Source: Lama guanicoe (taxonomy: Eukaryota). From it: a DNA stretch of 64,000 bases. The notes under the pieces are model-generated. The model saw only the letters and a program-made list of their open reading frames with translations. It did not search any database and had not been told where the DNA came from. Every line of letters starts with the position of its first letter. Position 1 is the stretch's first letter. Position numbers and translations under genes: made by a program. Positions 1 through 13,436 of this stretch are shown piece by piece. The stretch is from NCBI GenBank assembly GCA_013239625.1, contig MU053652.1:3040001-3104000 (forward strand), read 5' to 3'.

Positions 1-3000
1 GTTTTTGGTGGTAAATAATACTTTTTAACATTTTTCTGATTTTTATTTTTCATTGTTAATATACAGAAATACGATTGATTTTTATATACTGATTTTATAT
101 CCTGCAACCTTACTAAAATTGCTAGGTCGTTCTAGTAACTTTTTGGTAGAATTTTCTAAAGAAACAATCATGTCTGAAAATAGTTTCATTTTTTCCTTTC
201 CAAGCTGTATGCTTTATCATGCCTTATTGCGCTAGCTAAATCCTCCATAGTAATGCTAGATAGAAGTGGGAGAGTGAGCATCCTTGGTTTGTTTCCTATC
301 TCAGGAAAATCATTTGGTCTCTCATCATTAAGCGCAGTGTAGGTTTTTCTGCAGATGCCTTTCATCCAATTAAGGACATTCCTTTCTATTGCTAGTTTTC
401 TAAGAGTTTTTAATCACCAGTGGATTTTGAATTTTGTGATGTACTCATTCTACATCTGTTGAGATTATTATCCCAGTAATTTTAATTTTATTTTTATGCT
501 CTCATCTATAATCCACTTAGAATTTATTTTTTATATTGTATGTGGAAGTGATTGGACTTTATTTTGCCCCAAATGATTAGCTAATTATTGAAACCCTTTA
601 ATAAACTGTCTCTCATTTCCCCACTCGTTTGAAATGTCACTTTTGTCATACATTGAATTCTCATAAATAAGCAGCTCTGTTTCTGGACCACCTCTTTTAT
701 TCCGTGAATTTATTGCTAATCTATGCCAAATCAATTACTAAACTTGATGGTATGTTTTAGTATCTGCTAGAAAAATGTTATTCCTGCTGCTGTCTCTTCC
801 AGATGAATGTGAATCCATTTACCAAATTCCATACAGAAACCTGTTAATACGTTGTTTGGGATAGCATTAAATTTATAAATTTGGGGGAATCATTTTTATT
901 GTATAGCACTGAGTTTTTCTGTTAAGAAACAGATGTATTTCTCCATTTATTCACTTCAATTCTCCTATATATTTTCCTTCATAAAGATCTTTATATAGTC
1001 ACCTTATGAATATCTTACTAGTTCTAAAGTTTCTCAGACATGTTTCTTGGAGTTTCTATGTAGATGGAAATCATTTGCCAAATGTGACCATTTAACATCT
1101 CCCTTTCCAACATTTATGTATCTTATTTCTTGCCCCACCTCCTTTTTCATTATGTCATCGAACAGACATCAAAGTCAATGCTAAGTGGTAATGGTAGGCA
1201 CTACACCTGTATTGTTCCTCATTTTAATGGGAATGCTTCCAGTATTTCATGAATTAAGCATTGTTCGTTGTAGATTTTTGGTAGAGACACTTTTTCAAAT
1301 GTAGGACTCTTTCTTCTATGACCTATTTACCAAGATCTGCTTTTTAAACTAGGAGTGTATATTGCATTTTATCACTCTTTTTTTTTTTTTTTGGCACCTG
1401 TGAGGTAATCACCTTTTTTTTTTTTCTCTTCAGGGAATACAATGAATTGTATTAATGTATTTTTTCCTTTCCTACCACTCTTCCTCTCCTGGGATAAGCT
1501 CAATTTGTGCATAAGGCAGCATTCAGTTAATACCCTGCTAAATTTGAAATGCTAACAGTTTGTTTAGAAATTTATAAATGAGATGAACATTTTTTCTTTC
1601 AGTCCTATATTCATCTGATTTCAGAACTAGGGTAAAATCTGCCTCTTGGATGAACTGGAAAGCTTTCAGTCTGTTTTATGTGATAGAACCACTTCTATAA
1701 CATGGAAATACCTGCTCCTTCATTTTGGTAGCGTTAGATTGCCAAAATACTTGGGTCTGGTGCTTTTTGGAGGGGGGAGGGGGAAGATTTTAAATTATTT
1801 TTCCATTTATTTTAGGGGATGGTTCATCGGTTTTCTCCTTCTTATTGAACTAAGTTTGGTGATTTGTACTTTTACAGATCAAACATCTCATCTTAATTTT
1901 AAGTTGCATCTATTTAAAATTGTACATAGCAATCATTCAGCTTTTTCCATATTTCTTTTTCCTTACATTATTTACATCTTCTTTTTTTCCCTTAATCTGA
2001 TTCACCAAGAACTTATTTATTTTATTGGTCTTCACAAGAGTAGTAATTAGTTTTAGTAATGAAGCTCAATTTAAAAAAATGTCATTAATTTCTATTTTTA
2101 TTCTTATTCTCTTTCATTTTATTTCTTTGGGGTTTTTTTTTTTCCCCTGTTCTTTTTCTAGCTCTCGAGTCAAATGCTTAGTTTGTTTATTTTCACAATT
2201 TCTGTTTTATACAAGCACTTGAAGCTGTAAATCTTTCCATTTGTACCACTTTGGCAGTGCTCACAGATCTTGAAACGTAATGTACTTATTTGTTCATTTC
2301 TGAGTAGTTTGTAATTTCAATTTTAATTCCTCTTTAATCCAAGTTAATTAGAAGTGTGCTCCTCATTTTTAAGAGGAGAGAGGTTTTTGTCTGTCAATTT
2401 TACTATTTATTGTTGTTGTTGTTAAGCAATAATTTAATGCATGCAGTCAGTGAATGTAGGTTTGTATGATTTCTACTTGATTAACTCTATTGAAACTTTC
2501 TTTGTAAATATTCCAGGTAAGTTTAAAAAATATGTATCTCTCTCCATTATTTCTTGAGTATAAAGCTGCTTAACAATTGAATCTCCCATATCCTTAATTT
2601 TTATTTCTATTTGAAATATTAGTTTGGTTTTCTTTGTTGGATCTGTCTCTGTTACTTAATCTAAACTCCTGGGGCATTTTGTTTGGGGGGTTTTAGGTAG
2701 ACAGCATATAGCTCTTGAGGGTTTAGGGTCTTTTTTTTCCCTTTCTTTCTTTTCCAATCTGTCTTTTCATAGTGTTAGCAAACCATTCACATTGTGATCA
2801 TTTGGACTAATTGTTGCATCTTATTTTGGATATTCTGTTTACCGTACTTTGCTATTGTTTCTTCTTTGTTTCCCATTTCCCCTTCTGTTGAATTGATGAT
2901 GTTCTCCTATTTAATTTTTTTTTCCTTTTAATGGTTAGGAAGTTATATGTCTTTTTTTTTCCAATTTTTCTAGTGGTTACTCTTTTTTAAGCATATACTT

Positions 3001-3470
3001 AAGCTTGTTTTATACAATCAATATCTTCAATTACTGAACGTAACTAGCTTCTCTCTGAAAAGTCGAGAGCCTCTTCCTGCTCTTACTTCTCCCCTTTGCG
3101 CCCGCTACCTCCCAAGTGAGGATCATTAGAGATTTTAATTCCAGATCGTTCTCTCTCTCTTCACTCTTCTCAATCGATAATGATTTTAAATTACACTCCA
3201 AGTTTTGATGTGTTTCGTCACCAGTTTTCGTGTCCCTCATGCCTGCCCCTTTGATTCACTTTTCATTTTCCCAAAACACAGTTTATTCTTCCAGAGAGGG
3301 TGCTTGAGCAGTATATTTTCTGAACTCTTACATTTCTGAAAGTGTTTTTATTTCGCTCTCACATTTGAATGATGGGTTCACCCGGGTATAGAATTCTAAG
3401 TTCAAAATCATTTTCCCTCAGAACCTTGAAAGCTTTCCTCTATTGTCTCCTAAACCCACTGTTGCTGAAG
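1..3470 (-). mobile_element. Cluster of old, degenerate L1 (L1M/L1ME-type) fragments
   Basis: T-rich antisense L1 ORF2-like motifs such as gatttttatatactgattttatatcctgcaaccttactaaa, gagcatccttggtttgtttcc and atagaattctaagttcaaaatcattttccctcagaacctt. Confidence 0.75.
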
Positions 3471-3929
3471 AGACGCTTTCCCTCCTAATGGCCACATACC
3501 CCACTGCTCTCCTCCTCAGGGGCCAGAAAGTAGAACAAAAGAGGAGTCCAACTGGATGTCCTCAGGGCTGCTCCCCCAGCCCCAGCCCATGCCACTTTCT
3601 TAATCACTTAGTCATTCCTAAGTATTTTTTGTGCATGTAATGTTCCAGGCTCTGTACTGGGATTTTTTTTTTAATAAAATATTTCATGCACACAGCAAAC
3701 AAGAGTGTACCCACCACCCATATTAACAAATTTTATCATTTTGCCTTAATTGATTCAGGTTTTTTAAAAAATAAATAAAACACTAAAGAATCCACTGAAA
3801 TCTCATTCCCTTTCCTCCCACAGCAGAGATTAACTACTGCCCCAAATTTGGTGTTTATCACACCCATTAATGCATTTTACATTTGATGGATGGATATATG
3901 TGAATGGATAAATAAAAATTAATAACTAA

Positions 3930-4120
3930 TATAGGTGGTTACTACATGCCTACAGATGGTGAGGTCACATTACATATATTAACTAGTTAAGTTCTCACTA
4001 CAACTCAATGAAGTGGGTACTATTATTATCTCCTTTTTATAAATGCGAAGCTAAGCTAAGTGATGGCACCAGAACTTGGCAGCCTGGCTGCAGAGTTTGT
4101 GCTATTAACAGCTATAATGT
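3930..4120 (-). mobile_element. MIR
   Basis: tctcactacaactcaatgaagtgggtactattattatctcctttttataaatg resembles the MIR core. Confidence 0.65.
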
Positions 4121-5209
4121 ACTAATTTAGTAATAATTCCCATGTACTTAACCTTCATGTAAATGCTATCACATTAGACAAATTCTTCTAAAATCGTATT
4201 TTTTTTCCTGCTTTATTTACTGAAGATAAAACATTATCCACGATCTAGCTAGTTGTGTGATTCCTCATTTATTTTTACTGCTGTATAGAACTGCCTTGCA
4301 TTTTAATGAATATTTAGATGGCTTCAAAAATTTGCAGCAAATGTTGCACCGCACATATTTGTAGCTGTCTCTTAGGGCCAAAGACAAGAGTTTTTCTAAG
4401 GTACCTAACAAGACATGAAATTTCTAAGTCACAGGGTATGTACATCGTCACCTTGAGAAGTTATTGTCAAACTGCTGCACCCGCTTGTGTCCTTCCACGT
4501 GAAAGGGAGGGACCGTGTGCTGGGATTTGATCTGGCTCGTTAGACTCCACACATGTTGCTGCACTGTTGGGCCATTATAAACTAGCAACTTCTATCGCCC
4601 ACTTTTTTTCTGCCTTAATGTAGACCCTTTAATTGAGACTTTGCTCTCAGTCTCATTATGTAAAAGTATTTATTGATTATTTATTGATTACTTTCTGTGT
4701 GCTGACTATTCTGACAATGGTTATTTTTTTAAAGCCCACAACAGTATAGGCCCTGAAAAGTATTTGAAATTAGTCAAGTAAAGGCTCACCTGTTTTTCAT
4801 AAGGTCCTGTATACTTAGCTTAGGTTTGCAAATTAACTTGAGCCTGAATGTAACATGAAAGAAATTCAGCTGCATCTAAAAGAAACTGACAGCTGAGAAC
4901 AGAGGGGTTTTCTTAAGAACTGAAGTTAAATCTAAACATTAGATTTAAATTATTAGATGATATCAAATAGAGAGTATTCAAGGTTTATATTGTAATATAA
5001 ACTATTAATTTAAAATACTTAGATAATGTCTATCATTATATGAAAAATTATTAAATAACTGTATGTGGCAGGAGAAACTCTACCAAGAGTTAGAATTCCT
5101 GTCCTCCAGGAACATACATATAAAAATATATGTGCACTTTTTTTTCTAATCCTTTTATACTGTTGCTCAGCCAGGGATGCAAGCCAAACTTCAAACTGCA
5201 AAAGCATCA

Positions 5210-5790
5210 GATTCATAGATCCAAATGCCTATTCAGCATCTTCACTTATTTAGGTGCTACATGGCTCCTGAAAGTCCCCAAAACCAAACAGCCATTTTCC
5301 ACCACCTATATCCTGCTTCTTCTCAAGTCTTCCTCACCTCAGAATAAAAAGTATATTCTTCCAGGTGCTGGGCTGAAATCTTAGAGTCTTTCGTGAGTCT
5401 TCACCTTTGCTCCTACTCTATGTCCAACACACCAGCAAGCAGACATCCCTCACTCTAATGCAAAAGACGTTCAGACTGACCGCATCTCGCCACCTTCACA
5501 GCCACCACTCTGGTCTAAAGCACCATCATCTGTTGCTTGGATTTCGGCAGCAGCTAACTAACTGGCCTCCTGCTTCCTGCCTTGCCTGGACTCTAGTCTA
5601 TTCTCCCTACAGCAACCAGGGTGAACCTCTAAAAAGCAACTCATGTCATGTCAGTGTTCAAAATCCTCCCTAGGACTTACCATACATATCACTCTTTACA
5701 TTGGCTTTCAAGGTCCTACCTGACCTGCCTTCCACCTACACAGACCTCTTTTAACTCTTACCATCTCCTTCCCTTTACTTACTCTGCATC
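5210..5790 (+). mobile_element. L2 fragment
   Basis: L2-like ccaccactctggtctaaagcaccatcatctg...actggcctcctgcttcc. Confidence 0.7.
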
Positions 5791-5797
5791 AGCCTTT

Positions 5798-5870
5798 TGT
5801 TGGCAAGATAATGGCTCCCCAAAGATGTCCATGTCCTAGTACCCAGAAACTATGAAGATGTTACACTATT
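5798..5870 (+). mobile_element. MLT1 (MaLR) LTR 5' fragment
   Basis: tgttggcaagataatggctccccaaagatgtccatgtcctagtacccagaaac resembles the start of an MLT1C/D LTR. Confidence 0.65.
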
Positions 5871-6570
5871 ACAGTCGGTTGGCCAAAAGATGATGATGGT
5901 TTGGATTAGGGCATTGGCAGGGAAAATAGAAAAGTGAATGGTCAAGATACATTTTGAAGATAGAATTAATCAAACATGAAGATGAATTAAAAGCAGGGGC
6001 TGATGGAGAGGGAAGTTTTCAAGACTGACACCCAGTTTCCTGGCTTGAGGAACAGGATGGATGAAAGTGCCATTTGCTGAGACAGGGGAGAATACAGGAA
6101 GGTTAGGTTTGGGGGTAAAATCAATAATTCAGCTTTTGGATATATTAAATTTGAGGTATTTATGAGACATCACAGGAAGGGTGGGAAGTTATCAAGTAGT
6201 CACAGGGATACAAGACTCCTTGACATCTCTGGAAAATAGATCTGGTTTAAAGATTATAATTTCATACATTGTTGATATACAGGTGTACCTAAGTCATGGG
6301 AAATGTTTAAAAATTACCTAGAGAGAATGGGTAGAACTGAGAAAAGAGGGCATTGTATAGAATTCTGTAGAACTTAAAATTTTAAAGGTTAGATAAAGGA
6401 AGAGAAATGAGCAATTAAGACTGAGGAGGAACAGTTAGAAGGATGGAATTAAAGCTCAAAAGAATGTATATCACGGAAGCCAAAAAACAGAGAGTCGCAA
6501 GGATTACTCAACTGCCCTGAGGGCTCTATTAAAGATTGGATTTAGCAACATGGAGGTCAATGTTGATCTT

Positions 6571-6703
6571 TTTCTTTTTTCCTTTTTAGAAAAGAGATTT
6601 TTTTTTGTAGTAAAATAGACATAACATAAAATTTACTGTTTTTAACCATTTTTAAGTGTGCAGTTCAGTGGCATTAAGTACACTCACATTGTTGTGTATT
6701 GAA
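6571..6703 (-). mobile_element. L1 3'-end fragment with TSD
   Basis: aaccatttttaagtgtgcagttcagtggcattaagtacactcacattgttgtg with T tail. TSD gttgatctt at 6562-6570 and 6704-6712. Confidence 0.8.
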
Positions 6704-6775
6704 GTTGATCTTAACAAGAATTTCTGTAGCAAAAAGTCAGGGCTAAGTATTGGAGTGATTTTAATAATACATGAG

Positions 6776-7227
6776 CACCTGCACCCCAATGTTCATAGCA
6801 GCACTATTTACAATAGCCAAAACATGGAAACAGCCTAAATGTCCATCAACAGGTGACTGGATAAAGAAGATGTGGTATATTTATACAATGGAATACTACT
6901 CAGCCATAAAAACCGACAACATAATGCCATTTGCAGCAACATGGATGCTCCTAGAGAATGTCATTCTAAGTGAAGTAAGCCAGAAAGAGAAAGAAAAATA
7001 CCATATGAGANNNNNNNNNNNNNNNNNNNNNNNNNNNNNNNNNNNNNNAAACAAGATTACACTGTATAGCACAGGGAAATATACACAAAATGTTATGATA
7101 AATCACAGAGAAAAAAATGTGACAATGAGTGTGTATATGTCCATGAATGACTGAAAAATTGTGCTGAACACTGGAATTTGACACAACATTGTAAAATGAT
7201 TATGAATCAATAAAAAAAGTAAAAAAA
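6776..7227 (+). mobile_element. Young 5'-truncated L1 (ORF2 C-terminus and 3'UTR), contains a 38-N gap
   Basis: Intact ORF2 end [41 protein letters not shown], poly(A), and TSD aatacatgag at 6766-6775 and 7228-7237. Confidence 0.92.
7011..7048. other. Assembly gap (38 N)
   Basis: N run. Confidence 1.
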
Positions 7228-8479
7228 AATACATGAGGATTTGGAAATAGTGACAGGGAATATATAAGATATTCATCTCGTGAAAAATTTGGCTCTAAAG
7301 GGGAATAACTGTTATGTGACAGTAGCTAGAGGAGAACAGAAGGTTAGGGGGGTTTAATTGGAGGTATTAATCCATTAATGAATGTTGATTCAAATTACGC
7401 TGTAGAGAAGGAGCACCAGAAGATGATGGAGAGGAGATATGTTATGGATATGGACCCTTAGAAAGCAAGCAGTAATGGGTTAGAACTCATGAGAATGGGC
7501 TAGCCTTTCCCAACAGGTGGGAAGGAGACTGGCACAGGTGCAAATGGGTTTGCAATATTTCTGGGAATGATGAATGTCTATTTGAGATTGGTACTCATGA
7601 ATGAATATTGACAATCTGTCAGTTGATATGTTCCTGTTCATTCATTTCATATATATTTATGCCTACTATGTGCCTCCTTTGAACCACCTGGGACCAAAGG
7701 GATGGACAGCCTCTCAAGACCTTCAGGAACATCTCTTTGATGTTGCTCCTAGAAGTTCGGAATAAGCTTGGGAGAGACATAATTTCTGTAATATATACTT
7801 CAAGCCACAGTAAACACTACACTGAGAAATTACCCTTATTCCACTTTCCATTTCAAATAATCCCCCATTATACTTCCAGAGCCAGATCCTAAGAGGTTAC
7901 ACAATATGCACTGGGTACAGATCAGCTCAAGGGACAGAACACCAGCTACACAGAGACCCCAAAGCCTTCTCATCAGCCTGAACAACTGACACCCTGTCCA
8001 TTATCCAATGGATCCTTCAATCCCAAGAAACAACAATAAACAAGAAAACTCCCCTCCCTTTCCAGAGAAACGACCTAGGTACAAGGCATGTCTTCCATGC
8101 AATCTCCTCCAATCCTGCTTCTTTTCAGACAGAGAAACCTCTCAGGGGGTTCTTCTCAGCAGTTCGAGACTGAGCATCTTCCACTGGAATAGGAAGAACT
8201 CCTTCAGCAACCTTTAAATCAGTTTTAGCACCCCAACCCCAAGACCCTCATTTGCATTGCTTTTCCAAAATTCAAGAGGATCATCTAGACAATTTGCAAT
8301 ATCAGTACTACATCCACAAATTAAGAAAATCATAAGCAAATACCCACACTTACCTTACACACCCAGGCACCTCCTCTTTTCAGAAAGAGCTTCCCTTAGG
8401 TGACCACCTACACCAAAGGAAATATTACTTTTTCTGCTCGTTCGTGAAAGGGATCCTGTCATCCATGGAAAGCACCCTT

Positions 8480-11400
8480 TTGAAAATTTAGTATCTAAGA
8501 AATCACAGTGGAATTATGATGTAGAACTGAATGACAATGAAAGGACTATTTTGAAAACTTGCAGCACACAGATAAAGCACTGGAAATTTCTCTTCAAGAG
8601 GAATTTATAGCCTTAAGTTAGCACTACAGCCCTTTTAGAAAATAAGAAAGATTGGAAATTAATATGTTAGGTATTTGACTTGAATAACTTTAAAAAAAGA
8701 AGTAACACTTTACACTCAACAAAAATGTAAGAAGGAGATTAATAAAAATAAATACAGAAGTTAAATATATATTTTAAAAGAAATAGATAAGATCAGCAAA
8801 AGCTGGCTGTTGAAAAGATTATAGACAAACCTCTGATAAGACGAAGAATAGAGAATTCACAAATATGTGGTATTAGGAATGAAACGGAGGCTGTAACTCC
8901 AGATACCATAGAGAATTTTTAAATAATGAGAGAATGCTATGAACCACATACCAAAATTTTAAAGGCTTAAATGTAATATCTAATTTTTAAAGAAAAAAAC
9001 TGTGGATTACCAAATTGACTCAAGAAGAAATAGAAAATCCAAATAAGCTAATAATCATGATAGAAACTGAACTGAATTTTCAAAATATGATGGTTTCACA
9101 GATGAGATTTACCATTCAAGGAACAAATAATACCTATTTCATATAAATTGTTACTGAAAAGAAGAAAAAGGAAAATTTCCAAATGAATTTTATGACAGTA
9201 GTATAAATGTGGACAAAGGTAGTGCCAGAAAAGCAAATTATAAGCCAATACCACTTATGAACACAAATGCTAAAATAAAAAGCATTTGCAAATTGCACAA
9301 ATCAGTGTATTAAAGATAATAGTACATTATGGCAAAGCAAGGTTTATGTCAAAGAATGCAAGGATAAATCCTTGTTAGAAAAATCTATCAAAGTGACCCA
9401 TTACTTTAACATATCAAAGACAAAGCCAATAATCACCTCAACAGTTTTAGAAGAAGCACTTAAAATTCAATATTCATTTCATGGTGTTCAAATATTCCTA
9501 CTTTGAACCCAACTGGAATAGAAGGGGACTCCCTAAGCTGATTAAGAGTTTCTATCAAAAACTTACAGTAACTATCATAAATAATGATGCAACCCAGAAA
9601 CATTCTCAATGAGACAGAAATAGGAAAACAATGCTGGCTCTCTCACTCTTGCTGTTTGAGGTTACATTGGAGGTTCCAGCCCATCCAATGAGATAAGAAA
9701 AGGAGAAAGTATTGAAGTATTATTTAAAGATAATATCTTCTTGAAAATACAAGAGAATTTGTAAACAAACGTCAACTAATAAGAAAGTTCAGCATATTTG
9801 CTAAAACAGGATTATTCTAAAATCAGTAACATTTCCAAACAGCAGCACTAACCAATTAAAGCATTTTTAAAGGATCCCACTCCTAACAGCAACAAAAATC
9901 TGAAAGGTACCTAGGGATAAACCTAACAAAGAGGTACAAGAATTTTACAAACAAATTATAAAATGTTATGGAAGGATATGAAGAAATCAGAATAATATTA
10001 ATGTATTGGATGACTCGATTTTATGAAGATGCCGTATCTCCCAAAACTTAATGTACAAATTCAGCTCAGCAAAACACCAAAAAGGTTTTCCAGTAGAGGT
10101 TGATAAACTGATGCTAAAGTTATGTGGAAGAGCAGAAGTCCAAAAATGGCCAGTACAATTTTTTAAATGAACAAATGGGGGAGATGCCCTTCTGTATGTG
10201 AAGACTTATTAAAAAGCCATAATAAATAAAACAGTGTGGTACTGGCTCAGAATTGGTTTGATCAGTGGAAAAGGACAAAGTAGGAATATATCCAGGAATA
10301 CACAGAAATTTAATTTATAATCACGGTGGCATTACACATTAATGGGGGAACGAAAGACTGTTTAATAAATCAGGTCAGGACAACAGGTTTTCCATATGGG
10401 GAGCGGGGGAATAAAATTAAATTCCTACTTTACATCATTTAAAAAAAAAAAGTCCCAAATGGATCAATTTCACAAGTGTGGAAAACAAAACTTTAAAACA
10501 TTAAGGAAAAAAAAAAACGTAGGAGGCTATCTCTGTGGCATTAGATAGGGAGAGATATCTTCATTATAAAGACACAAATGACACAAACTATAAGGAAGGA
10601 TCAGTGAATATGACTACATATTAAATTTTCTATAGTGCAAAAGTTATCAAAAGCAGTTAAAAGAAGAGCCACGAATGAGACAATGCAATGTTTATATGTG
10701 TGAACTACAAATCAAGAGGAGAAAAGAAAAATATTCACAGCCCATTGGAAAAAAGGATGAGGACTGTGAAAAAAATCACAGACTCAGAAACCTTAGTAGC
10801 CAATAAATATATGGAGAAGTACTCAACCTCATTTGCAGTGAGGGAAATTCAAATCAAACAACAAGATACTGGGTTTTTAAAAAATTAAATTGTCAGAAAT
10901 AAGAAAAGCCTGAATCTAGAAAGTGCTGAAAGTCATGTGAGGGAAACAAGAACTCTCACACTGCTGATGGGTGTGTAATTTGGAGAACCATTTGGCAGTC
11001 TCTAATGAAACTGAAAATGTGTATGTAGCCTAGCAATTCCCCATCCAGGTAGATTAGAGAAATTCTCACATATGTGCAAGGGACACAGGTACACGTGTTC
11101 TTATTAGCATTGCCCATAATACCAAAATTCTGGCAGCAGCTTAAATATTCATCAATAGGGGAATGAATAAACGCAGCACATTCATATGCATGGATCTACA
11201 ATATAGCAATTAAAATGAATGATCTGGATTTATACTTATCAACATGGAGAAAGAATGAAAACATAACCATGAAGGAAAAAAAACAAGTCACTGAGTATGC
11301 ATGGTCTAACATCACACATGTACATTTTTAAAAAATCAAAGCAATATTCTCTATTTGCATGGGCTCATATGTAGTAAAAGTATAAAACCTAGACTGGGAC

Positions 11401-12240
11401 TGGGAAGTTACATACCAAATTCATGATAGTGTTTGCCTTTGAAGAAAAGGGTGGAAAATGGTTTGGGGGAGGGGTACAAAGGGTATTCAGTTTTATCATA
11501 AATGTCGAGTAGTTCAATTTTTAAAAAAATAGACCTGAAGCAGATATGGCAAAATGCTAACATTTACCAATTATATGAGACAGGTACATGGCTGCCTGTA
11601 ATATTCTCTCTGCATTTAAAAATAGCTTTAGATTTTTTCTAAATAATAATGTTAAAAGAAAAACAGCTAGTAAAGAATTTTAATACGTGTAGATTGAGAG
11701 TTAATTGTCTAAAACTTTGAGGCAAGCAGCTTTATAATAATTATCTGTTTTAGAATAGAATCTCCATAAAAATAATAAAGCTGATAAGATCATAAAACTA
11801 CTGAAATGAATAAAGTAGATTCTTTAAGCAGCAACATGCATAATTCTAAAAATCATATTGAGGGGGAAAATAAGTTGCAAAATGATATGTACACTACTGT
11901 ATCATTTATAAAGAAAAGTTAAAATATATAAGCATGTCTATAATATTTACATATAAATACATATGGGTAATTTAGTAATACAGTATAACAACAAATCCTG
12001 GAAGAACACACAATTTATAGTACTGATTACCTAGGCAAGTAAGGAGGGAGAAAGGTGAATGAAACTGGGGAGGGAAATAAGGTGACATTTAACTCTAGCT
12101 GGAATCTTTAATATAAATTTAAAAACCTGAAGCAAATATCACAAATATTTCACCTTTGATTATTCTAGGAAGTAAATACATGAATGTATGTTATTCTTGA
12201 GGTAGATGTATTTTTTAATTTTCAAAAGAAAAAGAAAAGT
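8480..12240 (+). mobile_element. Old L1 (L1ME-like): degenerate ORF2 through 3' end, with additional 3' fragments
   Basis: A-rich, collinear L1 ORF2 motifs (accaaattgactcaagaagaaatagaaaat; ctagggataaacctaacaaaga; aaaacagtgtggtactggctc) and an L1ME-type 3'UTR. Confidence 0.85.
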
Positions 12241-13328
12241 ACTGAAGAATTACAAATAAACTGCACATAATTCAATCCTATATAAGTAAAGCTGTACACA
12301 TCAAAAACCACGCTATGACTATTTTTTAGAAATCAACCTATTTGCTTTTCTGTGTGTTTTTGATTTTTTAAAAATCAAAAGAGGAAACAAATGAAAGCAG
12401 TGAAGAAATGTAAACATATATACACATAAATCCGATTATATAAAAAGAAAAACCTCCACAGTCAAAAAACACCATATGAACAATTCTATATAATTCGCTG
12501 CATTTTCTTATTTTTAATTTTTGTCAAAAAAAAGGTGCTGCCTAATTGGAAACGTGACTTTCAATTATTAAAATTGTGGGAGTCCATTTTAATGTGTTTA
12601 TCTCGCTGCTAGTCTATAATTTATATTTCAGCGTGGAAATTTGTTTGTATGCCTGTGACAGGTTAATGCAGTTTAAACATGCATTTTTCTTTCGTTGGTT
12701 GAATAGTTAAATCGTTACTCAAAGGATTTTAAGTTTCAATTTCAACCATCAGAGGATTCTTTGCTTTTTCAAGGTTAAAAATGTTTCTGGTTCAAAATGC
12801 TATTAATTAATGGCTCCGCAGTGGATCTATTTAGGGAATTGGTACCGACCCCGGGTTAACAGCGGAACTGTTAAATGAGAAAACTTTTTTTGATGAAGAC
12901 TTGGGGATATTTTAAATTTGATCTTAGAGCGGTAGACAGAAGTGAAATGTAATTCCAGCCCGATTAACTAACGATCGTAATTATGAATCGAAAGACATGT
13001 CAGGTATAAGCATTTTTTTTCCCTTAAAAAAAAAAGTTTCTCGGACTCCGCCGGACACCCAGCTGGCGGAGGACCAGCGGGCGAGGGGGGGGCGAAGCCG
13101 GCAGGCTGCCCAGAAGTTACGATCGGGGAGTTTTCGCTTTATTAAAATTACCTGGCTCACCAGCAGAGGCAAGAACGCGAAGACAAGATAATTTCTTAGG
13201 CTGTTAAAAATGACTTAGCCCGGTGGGCCGCGCGTTCCGAGGGGGTGTCCTGAGGGCCGGGGCGGGTCCCGCCGCCCCCGCGGGCTCCGGTGCGTCAGGG
13301 GCGCGTCAGGCGGGGCGGGCTCCGCGCG

Positions 13329-13349
13329 GGCGGCGGCGGCGGCGGCGGC
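13329..13349 (+). repeat. (GGC)7 trinucleotide repeat in the KLF14 5' region
   Basis: Read directly from the sequence. Confidence 0.9.
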
Positions 13350-13436
13350 GGGTGGCGGGAGGACGCTCCCGAGAACTCTCTCTCCCGCGGCCGGCCGCGC
13401 TCGGACGGCGCGCGCCGGCGGCCCGGCGGTGCCAGC

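Larger units (their letters stand above)
5880..7400 (-). mobile_element. L2 fragment interrupted by two L1 insertions
   Basis: Purine-rich antisense L2 motifs (tttcctggcttgaggaacaggatggatgaaagtgccattt; ggatttagcaacatggaggtca). Confidence 0.7.
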
